The position numbers and the translations under genes are program-made. Below, in pieces: positions 53,901 to 64,000 of a DNA stretch of 64,000 nt; within the stretch, counting starts at the first letter, position 1, and each line of letters opens with the position of its first letter. Location of the stretch: positions 174,754,231 to 174,818,230 of the forward strand of contig NC_068982.1 of assembly GCF_001194135.2 (NCBI RefSeq), read 5' to 3'. Source of the DNA: Octopus bimaculoides (taxonomy: Eukaryota). Below the pieces are notes generated by a model. That model saw only the letters and a program-made list of their open reading frames with translations, was not told the origin of the DNA and did not search any database.

Positions 53901-54816
53901 TCTATACTATAAATTGCAGTGTTCTTGATTGCTTGCTTGATTGATTGATTGATTGATTGAGTGTCGGCAGATTCACTCGAGAACGGTGCAGTGGAATCGC
54001 GTGAAATTCAGCACAGAGCGACAGCATGGTCCGCTCGTGTTCAGGAGATTTTTATTGCCCTCCAACTCCTATGGTTACCGAGATAATTGATTATTACTTT
54101 TTAAGATAGGAATATCCCATTCAAAGTGGGGAGGGGCGATTTTGTTGCCTTTCCCATGCGCGAAATTTTACGAAAAACCAGCACAATAAAGATTATTTTT
54201 TTCCAAGTAATGTGGCTGGGTTTGTTTTTCGAAAATTTTAATCAGAGGCACAGAAAAAAAATAATTTCAATTTTTTGTGCATTAAAAAAAAAAAAAGCTA
54301 TAGCTTACGCTCTTTCTAATTACTGTTTTTTTTAACTTCAGTTACAAATGTCTTCAAACATCGACATTCAAACAGCTTTTCCATATTGAGACAAACGTAC
54401 TCTGCACAATTGTATTCATCCGGGAACGCGTTTTCAATAATTGAAATTCACAATTCTAATCAGTGTACATGAACGTCCAACCTATGATTGATCTTGAACA
54501 GTTTCGATTAACATTCTTGTGTCGCCAATACAACAACCGCACTACCATATATTTTTCTTTTAAGGCGAGGTTATACCACAAATAAGGTTCCGTGACTACA
54601 TGGGGCTATGGTTACGCACGTGAAGTTAGTTTTACAATATCGACCCGCAAAATCCTTAGCATTTTTTAGTTTTGGGGTTGTTCTTACTTTTTTTTTTGTT
54701 TTTGGAATTTTTGTTTTTTTTATTTTTAGTTCCTTTTATTATTCAAAATATACATAGGAAATAGCCTTTAACCAAATCCACCACACTGCCCGAGTGAAAC
54801 CGGGAAAAACAGCTAG
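53901..54816 (+). mobile_element. Complete non-autonomous Helitron, 916 bp
   Basis: 5-prime A|TCTATACTATAAA; 3-prime hairpin CCCG-agtgaaac-CGGG, then CTAG|T; no TSD; (GATT)n near the 5-prime end. Confidence 0.85.
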
Positions 54817-55939
54817 TATCATATAACTCGCTGATTAAGGTGTCAAACCTTTCTAACGACTATTGTATCTTTGGACTTAAAATGTACGGTCTCGTGCTTT
54901 AGACAGAAATGTATCTTTTTCATTTCTCATTTAAGTTTTTCTGCGAGGAATTTCTTTTCTGTTGTAATACAGGTTCTGCATAATAGCATTATCAAATGCC
55001 TACGGCATCGATAGAAATTATACACGACTTACGAGATACACTTTTAAGATCAGATATGATCAATATGTACAGACATTCAGGTCGAGTGACGAAGAGAATT
55101 CTAACTCTTTCACGTTTAGAAATTAAGGCATGGCTGAAATAAAAGTGTCTCCATAACCTAGAATATCGTAAGCAGAGCAACCGCATACAATAACGAGGCT
55201 AGAAACTGCTGATTTAATTATTCTATAGATCTTTGGCCCTCGTTGTAATACATATTCTATACAACATCATCATGGTGGGTGTTAAATAAATCTTCGTTTT
55301 TACTTATTTATTTCAAAACATTAGTAATTTCAATCAACCTCTGTCCACCTGTTGACAGCATTTGCCTACTTGAAGTGACATTGATAAATTGTCTGTATGT
55401 ATGTGACAAATATGAGTGTCCTGTATAACATATTTAAACATTACTAATCCCCGAATTCCTTTATCTATAGATACTACACTATGGCCTAACTTTTGGGCTC
55501 TAATCTACACAACACATTAAACCTAATCACTTGGTTACCTAACATAAATATTTTCTTCTGTACTTTATTGTTGCTTTTTATGGAAAGAAGGAGTTAATAT
55601 GCCTGCTTGTAGATACATCACTAACCCTCATCTCTCATGCTCTAATCAATACAAAATGTTAAGCCTGTTACCTTGACATGAAATATTCTTACTCTATACA
55701 TTACTATCGTTTTTTAATGGGAAGTAGGGTTTAAATTAATGCCCCCAAGCCTGCCCCACGCCTCACAGTCACTGGTACGCAATGACTACTGACATATACT
55801 CAAAATCTTTCATTTAGGAGAAAAGAAAAGTAGTGATGTTCGAGTGTTTCTCATGGATATTAGCAATGTATTTGAACAGAAAGGGCTTCAATTGATAGGG
55901 GATTTTCTGATGTCATGTAAACCATGTTGTTATATCTTT

Positions 55940-56235
55940 TATTTGTTTCAGTCATTAGACTGCGGCCATGCTGGGGCACTGCCTTGAAGAATATTAGTCG
56001 AACGAATCGACCTCCGTACTTATTACTCTTTCGGCTTTTCTGCCGAGCCGCTACGTTACGGGGGCATAAACACATACACAATGACACACACTTACATATA
56101 TATACGACATGCTTCTTTCAGTTTCCGTCTATCTAATCCACTCACAAGGCTTTGGTCGGCCCGAGGCTATAGTAGAAGACACTTGTCCAAGGTGCCATTT
56201 AGTGGGACTGAATCAAGAATCATGTGGTTGAAAAG
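55940..56235 (-). mobile_element. SINE family B copy
   Basis: Reverse complement of the 34420-34826 family. Confidence 0.8.
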
Positions 56236-57939
56236 CATGCTCCGGATCTATTTTAAAACGGGGCCACATTTTTCATTAATGTTTTACGTAGTGTTTTTGG
56301 TACGGAAAGACTTTCAAACTTCGTATACTTATCTATTTTGTGTTATAGAGCAGAAAAATATTTTTGTATTCGAATTTATTTCATGTTAAAAATTGTCTTA
56401 TTTCGATAATTTCAANNNNNNNNNNNNNNNNNNNNNNNNNNNNNNNNNNNNNNNNNNNNNNNNNNNNNNNNNNNNNNNNNNNNNNNNNNNNNNNNNNNNN
56501 NNNNNNNNNNNNNNNNNNNNNNNNNNNNNNNNNNNNNNNNNNNNNNNNNNNNNNNNNNNNNNNNNNNNNNNNNNNNNNNNNNNNNNNNNNNNNNNNNNNN
56601 NNNNNNNNNNNNNNNNNNNNNNNNNNNNNNNNNNNNNNNNNNNNNNNNNNNNNNNNNNNNNNNNNNNNNNNNNNNNNNNNNNNNNNNNNNNNNNNNNNNN
56701 NNNNNNNNNNNNNNNNNNNNNNNNNNNNNNNNNNNNNNNNNNNNNNNNNNNNNNNNNNNNNNNNNNNNNNNNNNNNNNNNNNNNNNNNNNNNNNNNNNNN
56801 NNNNNNNNNNNNNNNNNNNNNNNNNNNNNNNNNNNNNNNNNNNNNNNNNNNNNNNNNNNNNNNNNNNNNNNNNNNNNNNNNNNNNNNNNNNNNNNNNNNN
56901 NNNNNNNNNNNNNNNNNNNNNNNNNNNNNNNNNNNNNNNNNNNNNNNNTCCCATGCTCCTTACCACACACCATCATATGCATATCAGCATCATATTTCTC
57001 ATCATAATTTTTAACACATCCCAGAACCTTGCAAATGAACGAAAGAAATCAGTTATTGTGAACATAGCAAAAAAAAAAAAATCAAACTTCAGAGTTTTAG
57101 TGACATAGCAACGTTGTGTCAGATTAATCGTAACTTGCCTCACAAAAAAAATTTAACTGGAAATACTCAGTCGCTGAAGAAATGGCATTACCTCAATAAC
57201 TAATATTTCATTACCATTTCGGCAAGTACGAAAGTAACTTGAGACCTGTTTCGGTCTTAGCGAAGGAGACACTTACCCGTGTTTGCCGAAGTTGTTAGGA
57301 AAAAATCACTATGTAGATAAACAATACTGTAGACAAATAAGCGAAAAAATGTAGCATTTTTATATTATATCAGTTTGCGTTATGCATTTTGGTAATGCAT
57401 CCTCCACATGATTCACTTCGGAGAAAATCGGTTCTGACACTTCCTTGACCAAATGGTATCGCATTAAGCATCGAGTTTTTGACTTTATTTTCGTTTTGTG
57501 TGTATTTTTCTTATCGATAAAATAAGTATAAAAACATAACGAACTATCCTTTCTGTCGTTTTTTCACCTCCTCTTCAGCTATAATATTGATCTCTAGCAT
57601 TGACACAAGGCTTTTAGTTTGATGGTATTATAGTATAATTGATTAAATCATTAAATCAACTCATTATTTGACTAGTACTTTATTTTATCGATCTCGAAAG
57701 CATGAAAGAAGTTGACGTTAGCTGGATTTTAACTTCAACAATCTAACATTTCTGTTAATCCACAACGTTTAATANNNNNNNNNNNNNNNNNNNNNNNNNN
57801 NNNNNNNNNNNNNNNNNNNNNNNNNNNNNNNNNNNNNNNNNNNNNNNNNNNNNNNNNNNNNNNNNNNNNNNNNNNNNNNNNNNNNNNNNNNNNNNNNNNN
57901 NNNNNNNNNNNNNNNNNNNNNNNNNNNNNNNNNNNNNNN

Positions 57940-57983
<44 letters not shown>

Positions 57984-59195
57984 GTTATACTATTGATATC
58001 ATAACAGTTTAAAATCACAAATATATTTTGTCAACATTGGTGTGATTAAAGACAATGTCAGTCCCAAACTTATTCAGTGCATAGGTGTATGATTACTACA
58101 TCTTTTTAATGATCGATTAATTGACTACAGGCCTCCCATTCAAATTTGTGGCTTTATACTAAAGTTAAAAATCATAGGTAGAATCGGTGGAGCAATAAAT
58201 TGAATACATTGCGATATTTTGCTACGCATTTTCTTGTTCGACTTTGAATCCCGCCGAGGTCTACTTTGCCTCTCTTCTTCAAGTAATAATTGTTTTTAAC
58301 AAAGGCACAGAGCCCGGGTTTGCCGATTAATTCGATCCCAATACTTGACCTACCCTTTATTTTTCGACACCGGAGGGATAAAATGCAAAGCTGACTTTGA
58401 TGGAACTTGAACTCTGAACAAACAGTGCAAAACCTTTTGACCGACGCTTTAATGACTCAGCCAGTAATCAGGTGTCAGTAATCTCAATCTCAATAAACAC
58501 CCTTTGAGCAAGTTCCCAAGACCATAATTATTTCTAACAGATCCGTAATTCGTCTGACGTTCCGTGTGTCATGTGGTTCGTCTGAGTTCATTGTTTCATT
58601 GTTGTTGTCTTGTGGGACTGTCGGGGTAAAATGTCATTGATATATATATGGCGGACATGACTTTTGTTTATTCATAACGAACATTGGGTGAGTGCGTTCT
58701 TTGTATGTAATTGAACAATAAATGTAATAATTAAATTGTATAACTCGTTATGTTATCTCTACGAGTCACCCGAGGGAAACATAACACTAACATTGGCACA
58801 ACTTTAGCGAGAGGGTATAGTCAATTAGTCCTAACCCTAATTGAAACATCCACCACTCAAAACTGTTGGCGTTGAGCTTAAATTTGAAGCTATGATTAGC
58901 TGGCAAGCATTATTAGAGCGTCAGACAATATACCTCGGGGAATTTCAGCCAAATCTTTATGCACTGAGTTCTAATCGTGTCAAAGTCAACCTTGACTTTC
59001 CTCCCTCCGGAATCTATAAAATAAAAGTTCCAGTCAAGTACTAGAATCGATATAATCAACTAACCCCCCCCCTTCAAAATTGCTGGTCTTGTGCCTAAAT
59101 TAAAAACAGTTACAAGCAGCGAGATGTCAAAATCGTTGGAGCGTCGGAATAGATTCCTTGTAGCTTTCCATCCGGCTTAAATTCCTTGCAGCATT

Positions 59196-59405
59196 CTTTT
59201 CTACTCTAGGTACAAGGCCCGAAATTTGGGGGGGGGGCAGTCGATTAGATCTACCCCAGTACGCAACTGGTACTTAATTTATCGACCCCCAAAAGGATGA
59301 AAGGCAAAGTCGACCTCGGCGGAATTTGAACTCAGAACGTAAAGACAGACGAAATACCGCTAAGCATTTCGCCCGGCGTGCTAACGATTCTGCCACCTCA
59401 CCGCC
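59196..59405 (-). mobile_element. Full-length, CpG-intact SINE family A copy flanked by + strand copies (about 58900-59105, 59430-59560, 59570-59790)
   Basis: 14-bp TSD TTCCTTGCAGCATT at 59182-59195 and 59406-59419. Confidence 0.9.
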
Positions 59406-60566
59406 TTCCTTGCAGCATTACTTCCGGTTCTTAACACTCAGAGTTCATCATCTTGGGTCGATAAAAATAATAATAACAGTCAAGTACTGGAATCGATGGT
59501 ATCGATTAACCTCATTAAAATTACCCTAAACATTTTCTGACCTTGTGTCTTAATTAGAAACAAATATTTTAAGGGTGGTTGATTTGCGGAATTGTTTAAG
59601 CGTCGGACAAAAATTTGCTTTGTGGTGTTTGTTCCCGCTCTTTTATGTGCTGAGTTCAACTCATGTCAAGGTCAACTTTGCCTTTCATCATTTGTAGGTC
59701 GATAAAGTAGAATACCAGTCAAATACCGCAGTCGATGTAATCAATTAACTTCCTCTCACAAATTTTAGGCCTTGTACCTATCTCAGAAATTATTATTATT
59801 ATTATTATTACTAATTATAGTAGTAGTAGTAGTTGCATGCTATTTTTATTTCACTGCGCATCAGTCCTAAGCGAATAACTTATGATCAAAGACATTCTAC
59901 CCATGACCATCTCGTCTTTTTCCTGTCCAGGGAACCTAAGAATAGATCGTTCCACGTGTCCTTTATTTAAGATAGCAAGGTGTATATTTGAGGGAGGTTT
60001 GGCTACCATTTCGAAAACAATTACTAGCGAGGTCGGTGAAAAGCAAAATTGGTAGAACGTCGGATAAATTGCCTGACAATATGTAGTAACTGATGATTTT
60101 TTACATTCTGAGTTTGCAATCCTCATTATGAGCTCGATAGGATAAGGTCTTATTCAAGTACTGAGGTTGGGACCAGATAAAATCGATGTAATCGACTGTG
60201 CCGCCAAAGAAGGGTTGATTACATGCTTTTTTGATCAGCTATTTCTGAAAAGTTTCGTTGGGCAGAAATAAGGAGTACCCCTGTAAAAGAATGTTTTCTT
60301 AGAGAAGATATAAACTTAAATTTAGATGAAGAGAAAATAGGGTTCGGTATTATAACATTCATATCTATTCAAACTGAAACGATTTTTTCAAGGCGCCAAA
60401 ACTGACTCAACTCGTAAAGAATTTACTGCTACAATAATGGCATACGTCAACATCATGCAACGTCCACAAAGTAAAATGACTAGTTTCTATTATTTCTCGA
60501 AGTCTAAATGATCAGGAATAACAGATTTTTTTTATGCATTAATTTTGTTAAAAACTGTAATCTTAC

Positions 60567-61803
60567 CTGAATCGATCAGACATTCCAAGATCTCTAGAAT
60601 CTTATCAGAGTTGGGTTGATGAACAAGCGGAATGGAAGTGAGCAACATTTTAAAAGTTTCTTTCTTCAGACTATTCCTTTGCGATCTTTCGATCAAATAA
60701 ACATTGATAAATTTGCTGAGTTCATTCACCATCAACGGATCTGCTGCAAAGGAACTTGTAACAATTTCATACATTACATCTGGATTTATGAGGGATATTT
60801 CGCCTGAGGATAACCGATTAAAAAGTGGACGAATCGCTTTTTTCAAAACTGCTTGTCTTTGCTGGGGTTCACAGGAAATTATTTCAGGCAAAATTGTTAG
60901 AATATTATCTACAGAAAAGAAATCATTTTCAAAAGTTTCGAGGGGTAGTTCTTCCAACATGGCAGCCATCACAATAGTACTACGCTTGATACGTCCAACT
61001 TCGTTTTCTTCGGAATTAACATATTTAGTGTCTCTAATTAAATCGCAGTCACGAACTATGTGTGGTTTTCCTGATTGATCGTCATTTTTCTTCAAATTCT
61101 CGAAATCTCCCTTTTCAACAAAACTGTTCTCCATTGCAAGGCGAATCAGTGACAGTACCAGCTCAGACAAGCAATTTTTCTGGACCCCTTTCTCTTTGGC
61201 ACATGCTATAACTTTAAGTATCCAAACAATGGGTAATTCATACAACTGTTCAACAACGCCACTGTCATATACATCGATAAGTTTCTTCCGATTGGGGTTG
61301 CTGAACCTTGTCGGAGGTGTAGACCAACATCTTGCCAGTGCATCCGTGCATTTATCAACCAAACCTATTTCCTCAGCCATTTCCCTGACATTGCAACAGT
61401 TCTGTAAAAGCTTAATGATGGTGTCAGCAGACCGACTAATCTTTGAAGACATTACCATATTTTCGATAAATTTTTCAGTCATTTCGATTAAGTTATCTGT
61501 ACCCATCATCTCCAAATAAGCTGCTGCCAGTCGGAGTTCAACCACATTATCGACGATCAAACTTATATTGATTCCATAACAAAAATCTGCAATAAGACCA
61601 AATACATCTGAACCACCCGGGAAATCTTTCAGTTCTAAACTTAGAACGTTTCCAACAATTCCTTCAGACAATTCCCTCACACGCTTGCAAATGTAGTCGG
61701 ACTTGGTTAGCAAAGGAAATCTGTGAAGTTTAAATTCTGTGTTACCAACCCAGATGGTAATATCTGAGAACTCTCCATTTTCCCGGAATTTGGCGTAACT
61801 CAT
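60567..61803 (-). CDS. BTB/POZ + NPH3-domain protein (NPH3/RPT2-like, NRL), first coding exon, 412 codons + 1 nt
   Basis: Motifs SDITIWVGNTEFKLHRFPLL, DFPGGSDVFGLIADFCYG, NVVELRLAAAYLEM and NLIEMTEKF match plant NRL BTB motifs (LHKFPLL, PGG..FEL.AKFCYG, NV..LRCAAEYL.M). Donor TCAG|gtaaga at 60567/60566; upstream acceptor near 61824. Confidence 0.92.
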
Positions 61804-63025
61804 GTTTCGTTCGGGATGAAGAGACTGACTCGTGAAATATTAATAAATGTATAAATATTTGTTCGTTTGTTTGTATGTATGTATGTATGTATGTATGTAT
61901 GTATGCACAAACTGGTTATATTCCTTGCTTTATCTTTCTCTTCCCTAGTTTCACTATGACTGTTTTGTATTTACTGACAATAAAAGTGTAGGTAAATATT
62001 CATGCGTCTATACAGCTATCATTGGTAGTATAATATAATTCATAGTCTTTATATGCGAATTTATAATTATATTTACATGTACACATACCTATAAAATATG
62101 GGACGATGCACACACATGTATGTATATATATATATATATATATATACTACTGCACAAATGTGTGTTTACAAACACTTGTGTTGCTCTTGTAAAAATGCGT
62201 ACTTCTTTGTATATATATGTATATGTGATTGTGTGTTTACAAACAATTGTGTGTGCATGTACGTGTGAGAATAAACAAAAAAAGAGTGTGTGATGTGTAT
62301 GACTGTATGTGTGTGTGGGTTTGTGTGTATGTATTTCTTTCAAAAACTAAAATTCGTGTCTAAAATGTTACACCGAAGAAACGATTTCCTGCAAGGGTCT
62401 ATCAGTGAACGTACGTAATGAGTTAGAAACACTATATCACTCACTGAATGAACAGGTCAATCCCAGAATGCAATTCTCTTTTGTTGTTCATGCTATTTTT
62501 TTTTTGTTTTTTTTTGTTTTTGCTGTCATTGAAACAAAATATTTTCTACTCATGAAAAATTTTCTTCGATATTTATTATTAGTTTTTTTTGTTACTTATT
62601 CTAAAGTTATAAGACTGCTGGTTGATTAATATATTGATTGATTGATTTAGTGGTTCAGTATTCTAAAGTGTCGTCTGGTTTTGCGACAAGAGTCTGCCTT
62701 TCTCAGCATTTATTTATCTCTTTCTTCTTTCTCTTTTATATTACGCGCACAGAAGCACACACATATATCATCTTGTGTGTGTGTGTGTGTGTGTGTGTAC
62801 GTATGTGTGTGTGTACGTGTGTGTGAGTGTGTGTGAGTGTGTCTGCGTGCGCGTGTATGTTTTTTATATATATATATACATTCAGTCGCACGCGCTCACA
62901 CACACATGTATAAATAGCTATATATACACATACATTTTTATGTACGTATATGCGCGTGTGTATAATTTATATATATATATATATATGTACATTATATATA
63001 TATACATACATACATACATACGTAC

Positions 63026-63051
63026 CTGATACTCTAACCCCCTGCCGCTCA

Positions 63052-63094
<43 letters not shown>

Positions 63095-63230
63095 ACTCTC
63101 TCTCTCCCTCTCTCTCTCNNNNNNNNNNCTCTCTCTCTCCCTCTCTCTCTCCCTCTCTCTCTCCCTCTCTCTCTCCCTCTCTCTCTACGCCGCAGAGACC
63201 CGGTTGCTAAGGAAGGGAGTGGTGTTGCGT
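63026..63230 (-). other. Candidate 5-prime UTR exon of the NRL gene, containing a (GA)n tract
   Basis: Donor ATCAG|gtacgt at 63026/63025 can splice to the acceptor near 61824. The left limit is the donor; the transcription start is a guess. Confidence 0.45.
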
Positions 63231-63420
63231 GGTTGGCGATGATTGCAGTGTCGACCGATGATAATCAATGACTTAACTAAGTAGGCAGATCTGCCATGAA
63301 GCTATATTTCCCACTTCCACCACTACCGCTATAACCTGTCCTGCTACTCGTATTTTCTATCGCCGATCCACCCTGTAACCGTTTCTCTTTTGCTTCCCAA
63401 TCAGAGATCTGGAATTCTTT
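63190..63420. promoter_or_regulatory. Putative promoter region (CCAAT box CCAATCAG at 63397; RFX-like half site GTTGCTAAGG at about 63203)
   Basis: Motifs are visible in the sequence, in a CpG-containing non-repeat island just upstream of the candidate UTR exon. Confidence 0.3.
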
Positions 63421-63587
63421 TCAGTGCGATTCATAATTCAGACAAATAATAGGTATTTATAATGTCCATGTGTGTATCTACAAAAGCACGCACACGCAGA
63501 CACACACACACGCGCACAGAAACAAACAACAAACAAACAAACAACCAAACAAAAATATTCATACGTACATACATGCATACATACAGG

Positions 63588-63589
<2 letters not shown>

Positions 63590-63625
<36 letters not shown>

Positions 63626-63785
63626 TCTTTTTATTATAGCCACACAGGGCTAAATACAGAAAATGGACAAATTACAAAGTAGAGCTTTTCTTGGGGGGGG
63701 GGATAATTTCGATCAAAAGGGATCGCGGAAAAAAAAGGTGGGGATTTCGATCAAGAGGGATCGTGGGAAGAAAAAAAAAAGATAG

Positions 63786-63817
<32 letters not shown>

Positions 63818-63960
63818 GTTTCTTTATTAGCCACACAGGGCTCAACATAGAGGGGACAAAATACAAATGTAGAGTTTTTCTTTTCGAGGGGGGCGAAAAA
63901 CAAAGCAGAAAAAAAAACAAACAAAAGTGGGGACAACGATGGAAAAAGAACATCGCAAAA
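63590..63960 (-). mobile_element. Two tandem copies of a LINE-like 3-prime end with AATAAA-like signal and (TATC)n tail
   Basis: Repeated block (gata)n..ttatt..agccacacagggct..a.a.aga...ggacaaa.tacaaa.gtagag.ttttctt at about 63610 and 63815. Confidence 0.55.
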
Positions 63961-64000
63961 CGTTTGGGGTATTTACAAAAAATATGAAATAATACAGAAA

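Noticed and set aside
54421-54470. On -, CTGATTA-stem-GAAAACGCGTTC hammerhead-like motif inside the Helitron
   Set aside because: The essential G8 is absent and stem I does not pair next to the core.

Overview
AT-rich, microsatellite-dense animal DNA with six N-gaps. The repeat families and overall style suggest a coleoid cephalopod, probably Octopus (inference). I could rebuild two convergent, spliced genes by hand. (1) On +, the last exons of a CLINT1/epsinR (enthoprotin) homologue: 2051-2186, 19335-19439 and 21715-21902, plus a probable 93-nt polyalanine cassette exon at 14727-14819. (2) On -, a complete 602-aa BTB + NPH3-domain protein of the plant NPH3/RPT2-like (NRL) type: coding exons 61803-60567, 50160-49894 and 47370-47066. 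The rest is mobile-element debris: tRNA-SINEs, RTE/CR1/CRE non-LTR fragments, a Penelope-like fragment with a hammerhead ribozyme, three mariner relics, a Merlin relic, hAT MITEs, two solo LTRs, a complete non-autonomous Helitron and a long foldback. The most interesting items are the plant-type NRL gene embedded in animal introns, the cassette exon with NOVA/RBFOX-type motifs, a possible antisense three-exon 54-aa micro-gene nested around that exon, the hammerhead motifs, a CRE-clade retrotransposon and an apparent CpG-depletion boundary near 36.7 kb. Boundaries of decayed transposon fragments are approximate. No database searches were run.
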